DNA of 64,000 bases, from assembly GCA_012295275.1 (NCBI GenBank), contig CM022665.1, positions 16,802,001 through 16,866,000 of the forward strand, given 5' to 3'. Under the pieces are notes generated by a model, which was not told the origin of the DNA, did no database searches, and saw only the letters and a list, made by a program, of their open reading frames with translations. The first letter of the stretch is position 1. Each line of letters opens with the position of its first letter. A program made the position numbers and the translations under genes. This document shows, piece by piece, positions 25,347 through 38,003 of this stretch. The DNA is from Chrysomallon squamiferum. Taxonomy: Eukaryota > Animalia > Mollusca.

Positions 25347-28300
25347 TTTTAGTATTTATTATTTTTATTTATTTTTTTTTTTTTTTTTTTTAACAGAATA
25401 TTCCAGCTTATTATTATTATTTTTTTAATATTCATCAAATATTAAGTAGCTATTTTAACATTGTACATTGTAACAAACAACATGGAATAATAGACCTTAC
25501 TCAGTATGGATGCATTTATTTCGTATTGCTATTTTGAAATGTCTTCATAACAGCTGAGTATTTGGGTTGCAAATCTTGATCAGCTGCTCTTTTTCTTTTT
25601 TTACTTTTGTGTGGATACTGGTGACAAACAGAAGTTAGTAAATGTAGTAAATGTTGTAAACAAAAATTGCATGAGTGAATTGAGTTTGAATTACAATTAT
25701 TTTACTTTCCAAAATTGAGTTGCACTGATTATTTTCAATTACAAATTCCACTGCCAAAGTAAATGCATGAACATTAAAAATCTGTTTTTATGGAAACAAG
25801 GAAGTCATTATACATTATACACAGATGACATAATGAATGATACAACCTTCATTTCACTATCACAGAGGGAAATAAGGTTAGCACCAAGTTGCTTTATATG
25901 TTTAAGAAATATTGTTTTTATTATTATTATTGCAGGTCAAGTGGTTCTTGACAAAACTCCAGGCATCAGAACAGTTGTCAACAAACTGAACATTATAGAT
26001 AATACATTCCGGAATTTCCAAATGGAGCTGCTGGCAGGGGAAGATAACTACATGACAGAAGCCAAAGAAAATGGCTGCGTATTTAAATTTAATTTCGCCA
26101 AAGTTTATTGGAATCCAAGATTAGGTAACATACGTTGGCACAAGCAAATATCTTACCGAATGAAAATGGTTATTAGGTTTTAAATGTAAATCTCTCATGT
26201 TGACAATATTAAAAAAAATACTGCCAGAATTCCGCAGAATAATAATTACAACTGATGTTTTCTATGTAACATCATGCACAGATGGACTAAAGATTATTGT
26301 AGCAGCATTGTACATTTGTCAGTTTAGGCTTTATTTTGTCACTTTATTTTTTTGGTTCAATAACCCAGTATGAAATCAGAATTTTAATAATAATTGTAAT
26401 CATTAAACCTTTTATGATCAATAGAAAATAAATTATGAATCTCAGCCACACACAACAATAACATCAGGTTGATAAAGGCCTAATTTATTATTTAAGTAGA
26501 GACATTAACTATATTAAAAATATATAATAATATATCATATTACGTCAAATAGATGAATTAACAAATAAAACAAGATAAAAAATACACTTTGTTCAACCAT
26601 GTGAAATACCACTCACTTATTTATTTACAAATAATAAAAGTAGGTATTCCAAAGCACCAGCATTTATGATTCACAATACCATTTTGACTTATTTTTGCTG
26701 ACTTTTGAATACTTGATTTGTTCTCTGTTCCAGGTCCTATCCCTATCACAGTTTGACTGGAAAATTTGAAGTTTTATTTTTCTGTTTATTGCACAAATGT
26801 TACAAAAATTAACTTAGGTTACTCAGTACAAATTTCCTTATTCAGTCTCCTCTTTGATTTGATATTTGTTTCATAAGTCCACTCCCACTTTCAAACAGGT
26901 ATGCTATCACAGTAAATTCATTATCCATTCAGTTTTTGTCCATGTGTTCTTAATGTACTCTCATTATAAACTTCTTTGAGCTCCATTGTCAGGAGGAAAG
27001 GGTACTGAATGAGTCATCTTTATTGTTATAATATTATAGCCTTTACAAATCAATAAAATTGTTACCTCAGTGCTGAAAAAAAGTGCAACTTATTAAACGG
27101 AAAACAAATTGAAGCCCCTAAAAATTTGCTTTTCTAATTTATCCACTGTAAATGAATTTTGTCAATGAGATATGTTCATTCTGATTAATTTGGTATAAGA
27201 ATTATGTTTGTAGTACAAGCAGAAGGGGAGTTATGAATTTTCAAAGATTTTTTACCATGTGAATAACCTAGTGCAAACAAATGATTTTTGCCAGCTATAT
27301 CTTCACATATCACTATAAATGTATGTCCCTTGCAGAAATATGAAAAAAATTAGAATGCACATTTGCAACACATAGTATGACATATTATGAAATAACCTTT
27401 GTCAGAGACAGTTTCACTTCAGAATGAGCCCTTAAAAATCATGTTTTATTAAAAATGGTAATTGTGTGCAAACAGCACCACAAAATATGGAAATTGAAAC
27501 ATTGAAACTATTTGACTGACAATTTTGAATTTTCATTATTTTTTCACTGACATCAGGATGAAAAGATCTACAATAATAGTTAGGGTCAGCCTTATATTTC
27601 CCAAACAGAGAATTTCTTTGGGATATCTTGTAAAAAACATGTTTTAAATGGGCAAAGCCAAGATTAAACTATGACTGCCAGTGACACTTTTTTAGATATT
27701 TGCATATAAGATTTACAGTCTTCAATACTATGCTGACTTACAGTCCAGTGCTTGTGTATCAGAATTAAATGATGTTTTAATGGTGAAAATTTAATCAATG
27801 TGCACTCTTGATGTTGAATAATTATTTTTGTTTATTTTTCTTTAGGCACAGAACATATGAGAATAGTAGACCTGATAAAGAAGAATGATCTTGTTTTTGA
27901 CGTTTTTGCTGGAGTTGGTCCATTTGCAATTCCTGCTGCTAGAAGGGGAGCTGTTGTATTCGCCAATGATCTAAACCCTGAGTCATTCTTGGCCATGAAA
28001 GAAAATATTGCCTTAAACAAAATAAAAACAAATCCCCAACTGTACAACACAGATGGCAGAGATTTTATTAAAACTGTTTTCAAAGTCCAGTTCTTGGACT
28101 ATTTGAAGAAATTACAAAACCATGAATTTGGTAGCATTATACCAAAGATTCACATTATAATGAACCTACCTGCTTTGGCTGTGGAATTCCTTGATACTTT
28201 TAAATTACTGTGTGATGATTTCCCCAAGGACATTCAGGAAGATACAGCTATGGTGGAACATTATCCTACAATATACTGTTATGGTTTCAGCAAGAGTGAA

Positions 28301-28876
28301 AACCCAGACGAAGATTTGAAAGGGAGAGCAGAAAGTGTCCTAGCTATGAAATTATCTGATGGTTTCCAGGCCCGATGGGTGAGAAATGTAGCACCAAACA
28401 AAGAAATGATATGTCTCGCTATATCTCTAACACCAGAGATGATTTTTGGTGATGTTCATAACCTAGATGCTGGTAAGATAAATGAAAGATATTTAAAATT
28501 AGCTTCAACATAAATCTTGTGAAACATTTTCCTGATTCATATTTTAGATACATTGTATATTGAAAACCGTACTCGCTTAACAATATAAATTCTCCATGTT
28601 TAACATGCTGCATTTTAATATTACAAATGCTTTGTTTTATTTGAAAGGTTTACAATTTATTAATTATCATGTGCATATATTTACTTCTTAAGGCTGATGT
28701 TTTTTCCATCCTCTTTCTCTTGTTCTGTCATTCTCTTTCTCATAGTATGTTGTCATTTTGTAAATTATGACAACGTAATATGACAAATAAACAAATTATG
28801 TTACTAAATCTTTAATGATTATGTTTTAATTTGTGATTTTGTAGAGCCAGAAGCTAAGAAAAGAAGACTCAACTGA
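24365..28876 (+). CDS. TRMT5: tRNA (guanine-37-N1)-methyltransferase Trm5, 531 aa from the first ATG
   Basis: Exons 24365-25112, 25936-26124, 27846-28472 and 28845-28876 total 1596 nt in frame. Motifs: LRPPPNVKGMTKLDR, SGFSIIGHIAHLNL, RTVVNKLNIIDNTFRNFQMELLAGE, FKFNFAKVYWNPRLGTEH, SAM motif DVFAGVGPFAIPA, ANDLNPES, MNLPALAVEFL, VRNVAPNKEMIC. The track's start at 24248 is a GTG and is not a eukaryotic start. Confidence 0.96.
25170..25425. repeat. (ATTT)n microsatellite interleaved with three copies of AACAGARTATTCCAGCTTATT
   Basis: Copies at about 25205, 25283 and 25393 in TRMT5 intron 1. Confidence 0.85.
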
Positions 28877-29460
28877 TGAAAGTGATGTCTGAAGATGTGT
28901 GCAGTTTAATTAATAAAATTAGTGTAGCAACAAAAGACAGATTGTTCTGGGAAACTTAAGAAATTAACATTTTAATAGCATATATGTGTGTGTTTGTTTA
29001 TGTTTGTGTGTGTGTTTGTGCATGAGTATTTATATTTGATACCTATTCTTTTACAATTTTTCAGTTAAATGAAAGATTAAAAAAGATTTGTTTACATTTT
29101 TTAAATATATTTTTTATTAGTAGTATTTTAATTTTTATTATTATTAAAGAATATTAAAGGAACCATAGAGTTAATTAATATAAATTTTAAAAATGGAAAA
29201 AAAACCTTATCATCTTACTAAAAGAAAATTAAAGATCAAACTATCAGATATTGAATTGAAAGATGCATGTGCTGGAAGCATGAGTCAGAATAAATTAAAT
29301 AATTAAGAAATGTCTTTCCATTACAACTTGATCTGTGAAAATTTACTATTAGAAGAATTGCATTTTTTACCTCACAAATAACATAATGCCAGTTTGGCCA
29401 TAAAAAGAAAAGAATTGTTTTTTAAATTCACTGGATCCACTGAATTTAACTTTTTTTATG

Positions 29461-29524
<64 letters not shown>

Positions 29525-31649
29525 AATAACTACAATGAATAATTTTAAACAAAACAAAATATAAAATTGCTTATATAATAATATACCGAATTTTGATAAT
29601 TCAAATGGTGAATTATTTTTTGGTGAATATCCAGAAAATGTTTTCAAATAAAAATTTTGTTTTCTCCTTCTTTGTTATGGATTTGTAATTCAAGGGAAAT
29701 TACTGCTGAATCATTATTTGGTACTGTTTCTTTTATAGACATTTACAATTTAATATGTTTTTATTATTTCTATAGAAGCTGACACACCCAAGTGGTATTT
29801 GACATTTTATCTATAGACATATATTGAAACTATTTAATCAGGAAATAATTATTTTTATTGTTTTAATGATCATTAGCTGTGATTAATATATATATATGTA
29901 TGTATATATATATATATATTTAATCTATTCATTCATTAAGTATTAAAGCTTTAAAAGATTGAGCTTTTTTTTTTTTTTTTTTTTTTTTTTTGCAGTGTAA
30001 AGTAATTGTCAGAGATGTATATATGTAAAAAATACCATGGCTGATATAGCTAAAATTTGTTATGCTTTTATGTTAGTATTTTATTTTGGAGAAAAGTAAT
30101 TAGGATTGCCCTATACGCAGACTGCTATTTTGAGACTGCTCTTGCTATTATATTTCATTATTTTTATTATTATTTTTTTTTTTAAAGAAGAAGAAAACAT
30201 AATTTAAAAATATACAGACAATACGTATCCACAAAGATACACTTTAATGGAAGATTTTTTAATCTTGGGCTGATAGAATAAACTTTTTTTTAAATGTAAT
30301 TAAAAAGAGGAAATTCCCATTGTTATTTATGTAGTTAAAGCAATGGTTATTTCAGAGGAACAGTTTAGTGTATAATTATTTTTTATATTTTTATTATTAT
30401 TAAATAACATACAAATGTGAAAACTGCTTTGAAAAGCCTGGAGAGAACCTACTACAGTAATAGATGACCTTTGAAAGTTCTAACATTAAGAAAATCACTG
30501 TATGTATATTCTAGAAATCAGTATTTAGTTAATTTAAAAGTGGCATTGTCTAACTCGCTTTTCACATCTGCTATATCTTGAAAGCTGAATGGCAATGCAA
30601 CACGGCAATTAACATAAACGCACGGGGCAAAGCGCGTGCTTCGCTGTTCTTAACGTCATATTTACAACTAATGAACATATTTGTGTTTGTCACCGTCATG
30701 TGTCGATTTGCTACGAAATACTCGCCATCTTAATGAGAAACGAATAACAATTAATTTTCATTTAGTATTTAATATCATAGCAACAACCGTATTATCATCG
30801 GAGTTAAGACCTTGAGTCAAAACGCTGTAACGAGATTTAAAAAAAATGTATTTATGTATTTAATTATTTATTTATTTTTAGAATTTACTTGATGTAAATG
30901 TGAATAGCGCCTTTGAAGACCACTCAGTTTTTCATTCTTTGGAAAACACTGAAACTGCAGTGTATTGCAACTAATTGCAATAATTACTCACAGATGGTGA
31001 ACTGTCACTAGACTAAAACGTCATTGGCTGAAAAACATGCAAAGCGTTCCAAAACGTATTTTGATCGGTGAAAGAACAAATAAAAGATCGTTTATTGCTA
31101 CTGTGTTTGTGTGTGTGTATTTATTATTATTTGTATATATAACTGTGTTTTTTTGACGATTATATCATCGTTTTGGGAGGCCTTTTTTTTTTTTTTTTTT
31201 TCTTTCTTTTTTTTGACACTCAATTATCTAACTTAAAGAATTCAGACTAATAAAATTTTGACCCATGTCACTATGTAACCTAAATGTGCTTTGCGCATGT
31301 GACGTTATTACCGGAAATAAAGAGACGTGTAGCGGACATTTTGTTGTTCTTATCACATGCTGTTTATTCTAATGGAATTAAAACAAATGAACTTAATAAC
31401 AGCAAAATACTACATCACATTAGATATAGCATTATATTAGCATTTAATAGTTTCTCAGCGTCAGTTCCTAAAGATGAGAAACGTATGCTGACAACACGTT
31501 TGCTTTCTCATTTCAGTTTTGAATAAAAACTATGCAGACCCCAAGTAACCGTAAATATTAAAATATGATACGTTAGTCTTAACAGAGTATGAAAATGTAT
31601 TGTGGCTAAGTAGTGTATGTTTCGTTTTTTACAAATCATTGTAATAATT

Positions 31650-31690
<41 letters not shown>

Positions 31691-32928
31691 TATTATTATT
31701 ATTATTATTATTATTAAAGTGGTGGAATAAGTAAGAAACAAGAAAATAAAATGAAACTGGTAATTATCATTAAATTATGAGTTTAATATTTGTCATTTCT
31801 TGGCAGAACTACTGTGCAGTATACTAAAGAAATGTTTGGCTTTTTTTGCTATCACTGAGAAAAGTTAAAATAAAAAAGAGAAAAGAAAAAATAATTTTAA
31901 AGTTAAATAAAAAGTAACAAAGGAGAAAGGTGGTTGAAAAATAAATGAAGAACATTTTTAATAATTATTAAACAAATGATAGATAGAAAAACGAAACAAA
32001 CGAAGAATGGAGGAAAGAAAAAGAATTTCCACCAGTTTAAATTAACATTCCCATCATTTTCCTTAGTGGTACAAAATGACAAAGAACAGATAAGTAGAAC
32101 AGCTTACACATAAAAAACACAAATGCACGCACACTCGCCGCACCGCACTAAACGCATAAAAGAAAGAGTGAAAGAAAAATGGCGTAACAGTTTAAAACAA
32201 ATAGTTCCTTTTCGTCCTTCTATTTTGCACCCCCATACAGCTGCCTCGTTCTTCATTCAAACGGTGTTAATTAATTGGCGGTGTCGTTAAACACATGTTC
32301 AAATAAATGTTTAGAGAGACACACAACATTTTGCTGGTCCGTTTCAATGAGTCGAGTCTTGGATAATCCCAAATTTGCCCAATCATGACGTCGGTGAAAA
32401 GAAGAAGTCCTCGGCATCCTGAAATTTGGCGGTTTACCACGAACAATGTGAATCTCGTTGCAGAGCCCGGCAATGTACACCTGTGTCCCTATTTCCTTAC
32501 AGATTACCATGTTAAGCCTTTTGCCTATCCTTTTGCTACCTCGCGAATTGAACAAGCTGTTAAACTAAACAAAATATTTTCGAAGCTCTCGTTTTATTGA
32601 AGGCACGGTGGATTTGCTGTGCAAACTGTTTGTACCCCGACCGAATCGCGTTGACTTTGTCAGCTTCGGGTGTAATTGAAACCAAATGTAGCGATTCCGT
32701 CCGAAACATTTTATGTATGAATTACCACGGCTGTCTCGTAAAAGGGAGGCACGTTTCGTGAAATTGGGGTGACAATGTGCGTGATTAGTAAAAGAAGAGA
32801 GAAAAGCTGTCCTGCCACAGACTAAGTCTTTTTCGTGACATCTGCTCATACATTCTTTGTTAAAATTATAAAAACAATCCGCGTACCGGGTTGTGTGTGT
32901 TTTTTTTTTGTATCTTGTTTGTGTTGTG

Positions 32929-32984
<56 letters not shown>

Positions 32985-34057
32985 ATTATTAATTTTATCT
33001 CTTATTTTATTTTCGTTCTTTAAATTATGCATACGGCATTGGTTTTAACTAGATAGGTGTTCATGTATATGTGGACACAAACATGCATTCGTGCTTATAT
33101 ACATACATTCGTAGAGACACACGCTCACACATACAACCATGCATAGAGACATTTGAACACAAACATGCATACAGATTAATAATATTTTTAATATTTTTGT
33201 TAAATATAATTTTGTCCATTAAATAAAAAATAATATGTATAAATAAATAAGTAAATAAATAAATAAATAAAGTTCTAGGGTTATTTGTTCAAGACTAATA
33301 TCCTTGAACATTCATTACAACGATACAGATTTATTTTCTGCATCACATATACGCGCGCGCACACATACACACACACAACCACACATAGACAAAAAAACAC
33401 ATACGTACGCACACACGCATACTTTGGCTAAAATACGCCACGTCAAGCTGCCAAAAGAAAATTGAAAGTTCGTACTGGATACCATTTTTTGTGTGTGTGT
33501 GAGTGTGTGTGTGTTTTTTTAATTTTTTTCCTCTTACATGCGAGAATTAATTGGGGTCGGCGGAGTAATCCAGCAGGCGTGCCGTATAACGCACTGTTTC
33601 TCATTTTCGTTATTGAGCGATACTCGATACATCTCCGATACATTGTATTCTGGAAGGCGTACACGGAGCAGATTGTTTGCAGTGTGAATAAAGGTGAATA
33701 GATGCCGTAGAATAGTTAGTGCTTCGTCCAAACAACTGGCCCACAACAACTGCCGTGAATTAAATGTTTTGTTCCCGCCATCCTGCTGGAAAAAAAGAAA
33801 ACAACAAAATTAGAAATCACGTGATTATTATCCTAACGCGATAACTATAAATTAGTGTATGTGCTGTAGCTGAGGATTGAGGAATCGAATAATATATTAA
33901 TAGAAACAGAAAAAAATAACGATGATTATAATAATAATTAATAATAAATAATTATTAGCTAGCACCTCTGCACAGTTTAATACACATTTGTCTGTCTGTC
34001 AAGCGATGTGAAATATGTTACTGACACATTAAAACTGTTATTTGTTAAATACATCCT

Positions 34058-34119
<62 letters not shown>

Positions 34120-34540
34120 CCAAAACAAAGCAGTCAAATAAATGAAAAGCTAATAATTCTCTAATTTAAAAATGATTTTTTTTGTGTTTATTTATTTATT
34201 TATTTATTTTTTAATAACTCTCACTAAAATACAGTTGAATACAAAACTTTGAGCGGGTACAACATCTCTATGTATACCTATATGTATGTAACTTTTAATT
34301 GCTTGTCCCAGATATATAGTATTTTTCCTCTCGATTTTCTCATCTCCTGCGACATAAGTAACCGCGACATTCACTGAGATGAAATATCAGATACTGGCAT
34401 ATGTAGTTATTCTAAAAACACTCAAACGATTTTATGAAGAACTTAGCAAGTCAAATGTGATTTTCCAAAATATTATTATCATACGCAATAAGGTACATTA
34501 ATATATACATTGAAATAAAAACTAAAAAATGCATTTAAAC

Positions 34541-34678
34541 TAAAACTAATTATAAAATTATACAAATCGAGGAAAACATTAATTAAAACAATATAATAAG
34601 TTCTCCTAAAACATTTTATATTAGACATTGTCGTTTCTTCCCAAAAAATTAGGTAATCTTTTTATTTTTCTTCTTCTT

Positions 34679-34729
<51 letters not shown>

Positions 34730-34771
34730 TTATTTACAGATTTATACTAACAAGTTCGATGTTCTGAATTA

Positions 34772-34825
<54 letters not shown>

Positions 34826-34957
34826 ATTATCTAATTTATACGAAAAAAAAGAAGAAAAAAAAAAAGAACATGTCTAATTTAAAATGTTTTAGGAGAACTT
34901 ATTATATTGTTTTAATTAATTTTTTCCTCCATTTGTATAATTTTATAATTAGTTTTA
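34541..34957. repeat. 87-bp near-perfect inverted repeat enclosing microsatellites
   Basis: 34541-34627 is the reverse complement of 34871-34957 with 3 mismatches. The ~243-bp spacer holds (ATTT)n and (TA)n. Confidence 0.92.
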
Positions 34958-35165
34958 ATAGCTAGATAGATATAAATATACATATACAGATATAAATATG
35001 CGTACAAATTAAATAATCGTAGTTTATACTAATTTTTTCTAGTTGTGTTTTAATTTATGATTATTTAAAAAAATAATAACAATTTAATTAAATTAATTAA
35101 TTGATTAATTAATTTATTTAATTGTTTATTTATTTATAGTGTTATTATTATTATTATTGTTATTA

Positions 35166-35197
<32 letters not shown>

Positions 35198-35961
35198 TAT
35201 TACTGTTGTTGTTATTATTATTATTATTATTTATTTATTTTTTATTTATTAAATAATTATTTGTGTTTTTATTTTGATGTATTTTGATTTTTTTACTTTT
35301 CTTCGATTTTTTTTTTGATTTTTTACCTATACCTTATTCACGAAATATTTTTCTTAAAACACTAGAAATAACTTTCATTGTTCTGTAATCTACTCTATGA
35401 CGTCATAAGTACAGACAAAAAATACTATCTAATGTTTTTGGCTTGACTGAAAACAAACAAATCAATAAATTATAAGTAGAAAATATATTTCTTCGTATCA
35501 CCAAAGATACCCTTTAAAAATCTCTTTCAGGCTAACAAGAATATTTAATGCAGTGGTAATATTAATCAGATAAATTCTGTTTAATATTATTTGCATTAAT
35601 AAAATACGTTTATTTATTTCTAATATGTATGTATGTATTTAAATGTGTGTGTGTGTGTGTGTAACTCAAAGAAATAAGCTAAATTTATTACACTAATATA
35701 TAATTTTTTCTTTGAAAAAAACGTGATGAAACTAACATTGTTAAAATCGTAATTGTCTTTTGCTAGACTTGAATAAATTTTTCTTTTGATAAAAATTTAG
35801 CCAGGTTTCGAGGATAACGTAACATATACATGTGTGTGCGCTCAGGTGGTTCATTTATATCTCAGGTATAGGGATCATAGTATTATTGTTATGGTTGCTG
35901 TTGTTGGTGTTGTTGTTGATGTTATTAGTATTACTACTATTGCTAGCACTACTACTGCTAG

Positions 35962-35993
<32 letters not shown>

Positions 35994-36003
35994 TTGTTAC
36001 TGC

Positions 36004-36051
<48 letters not shown>

Positions 36052-36549
36052 CCACAAGTAACATTGCTTTATGAAAATGATATGTAATCAACAATTCAAG
36101 GTAAATGTTGTCAAATTGTGAATGATGTGGTTAAATAAACTATTTTAACAATACTTTATTTTGTAAAAACTTTTAAACAGTAAAATGAAATATATATAAT
36201 TCTATGACGATGGTGATAATCAAATAATAGTAGTAGTAGTAAGAAGAAGAAGAAGAAGAGAACAACAACAACAAAAACGACAAAAGACAATAAACTAATA
36301 AATTAAATTAATAAATATATAAAATTAAATTAAAGAAAGAAAGAAGGAAAGAAAAAATAGAAGGCAGAAAAGAAGGAAGTAGATATATGATTAACGGTGT
36401 ATATTTTATAAATATTTTGTAGCTAAAACTCATGACAAATTAATAGTTTTTATCCTTCAGCAGTCTGTGAAGATGATAATACGTTTTTACATCCTGTTGT
36501 TTTGACCTGCGGTCTGTCATAGACAACAGCGCACTGGTGTTCCGTCACT

Positions 36550-36719
36550 GTTTCCTCCAATAGCGCGTCGATCGTAAGTGAGAGGGCGGAGCTTCGGGCA
36601 GATAATCATTGCTATTGGTTAACGTTCGAGAGACAGCTTTTGTGAGCTGTGATGATTAGCAGGAATTTGTCACAGTAACTAAACATCTTTATACAGAGTC
36701 CCCAGCGGTATTAAGTTGA
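36550..36719 (+). promoter_or_regulatory. FoxG proximal promoter
   Basis: CCAAT at 36557-36561, GC box GGGCGGAGC at 36584-36592 and inverted CCAAT (ATTGG) at 36614-36618, in a CpG-rich patch 100-160 bp upstream of the ATG. Confidence 0.6.
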
Positions 36720-38003
36720 ATGGATGTTAACATGCTCCGGTCAGAACAAATTTCTGTGCTTGAAAACACTATTTTACACGACAGAGGTTCTCTGGCGAGT
36801 ATTCAAAACGGTATGGTGCAGTTACCCGAAAAGACAAAGTTGCAAAAAGTGGCATTTCATCCTTTCAGTATCCGTAGAATGTTGGGTGAGGATATTGACG
36901 ACGACAGCGATGTAGATGAAAACGTCAAAGATGATGTAGAGAGTGATTTGAAAGTTGGACAGAAACAAGAAAATGAAGAAGAAGAAGAAGAAGATGAATA
37001 TGAAGAAGAAAAAAAAGATTTGGCCTGTCATGCAGATGATCATTTGATGGGAGATGTGGAAGTTGATAAAAGCTTTGAAAATGATCTACTGAAAGAAAAA
37101 AATGAAGACAACGCGAAAGAAAGTGAAAAAAATATGAAAGAAAAAGAGAAAGAGGGGGAAAAGACAGCGGAGAAACCGCCATTTTCGTACAATGCGTTGA
37201 TCATGATGGCAATCCGAAGTAGTGCAGAGAAAAGATTGACTCTGAGTCAGATTTATGAATTTATTATGAAGAACTTTCCATATTACAAAGACAACAAGCA
37301 GGGTTGGCAGAATTCAATCAGGCACAATCTCAGTCTAAATAAGTGTTTTGTTAAGGTACCACGGCACTATGACGACCCAGGCAAGGGCAACTACTGGATG
37401 CTCGACCCGTCCTGCGACGACGTCTTCATCGGCGGCACAACAGGAAAACTTAGAAGGAGATCTACGCTGGCGTCGAGAAGCCGGCTTGCTGCTCTAAAGA
37501 GATCTGGATTTCCACATTTTGCACCGCCGGAATTTCCCTTCCCCCACGAAAATTTCTTCCCGTATGCCGGTTATGCTTCACTGCCGTCCTTGCCACGGCT
37601 TCCTTATTCCAGTACATCTTTAGCCTACCCTCCTTGTGCTTTGCCCATGCCCGTTTCTAACGGTATGGATGGAACTCTACAAAACAGCATAAATTTTTCA
37701 ATGAACAGAATTTTGTCAGCTAATTCGACTACTCCAGTAATGCCTATTCGTGTGCCAATGGGGCTGCCATCGCCGATGATGTACAACAGACAAGCAGCAT
37801 CACTAGCGGCATTACGAACGTCGTTTTTTCTTCAAGGCCTTGATCCTCAGCTGAGAAGACGACAGTTTTATCATAACTTGGCGACAAGAGGAATGGCGCA
37901 GACAGTTTCTCAAATGAGAATTCCAAGTTTGTCTTCAGCAGGTAGCCTCATGCCAACCCCGTCATCGTCGTTTTCTTCCGTAGTCAGTGAGCAGAGCGAT
38001 TAA
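36720..38003 (+). CDS. FOXG1: Forkhead box G transcription factor (FoxG1/BF-1/sloppy-paired family), 427 aa, intronless
   Basis: Forkhead domain [81 protein letters not shown] is followed by the FoxG-diagnostic [17 protein letters not shown]...SRSRLA. N-terminal eh1 motif [10 protein letters not shown]. Confidence 0.97.
   Translation: MDVNMLRSEQISVLENTILHDRGSLASIQNGMVQLPEKTKLQKVAFHPFSIRRMLGEDIDDDSDVDENVKDDVESDLKVGQKQENEEEEEEDEYEEEKKDLACHADDHLMGDVEVDKSFENDLLKEKNEDNAKESEKNMKEKEKEGEKTAEKPPFSYNALIMMAIRSSAEKRLTLSQIYEFIMKNFPYYKDNKQGWQNSIRHNLSLNKCFVKVPRHYDDPGKGNYWMLDPSCDDVFIGGTTGKLRRRSTLASRSRLAALKRSGFPHFAPPEFPFPHENFFPYAGYASLPSLPRLPYSSTSLAYPPCALPMPVSNGMDGTLQNSINFSMNRILSANSTTPVMPIRVPMGLPSPMMYNRQAASLAALRTSFFLQGLDPQLRRRQFYHNLATRGMAQTVSQMRIPSLSSAGSLMPTPSSSFSSVVSEQSD

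Noticed and set aside
735-28876. Minor-spliceosome (U12) or non-canonical introns in the housekeeping genes
   Set aside because: All introns I resolved are GT-AG, without the RTATCCTT 5' signature.
32267-33749. Cluster of 60-155-aa ORFs upstream of FoxG
   Set aside because: No homology recognised, partly microsatellite-derived, and no consistent exon structure.
35832-36094. Poly-L/I/N/T ORFs on both strands (also 31508-31741, 38211-38477, 39332-39867, 40576-40890, 42224-42889, 49483-49783)
   Set aside because: Translations of trinucleotide and dinucleotide microsatellites that lack stops by composition. No domain or splice support.
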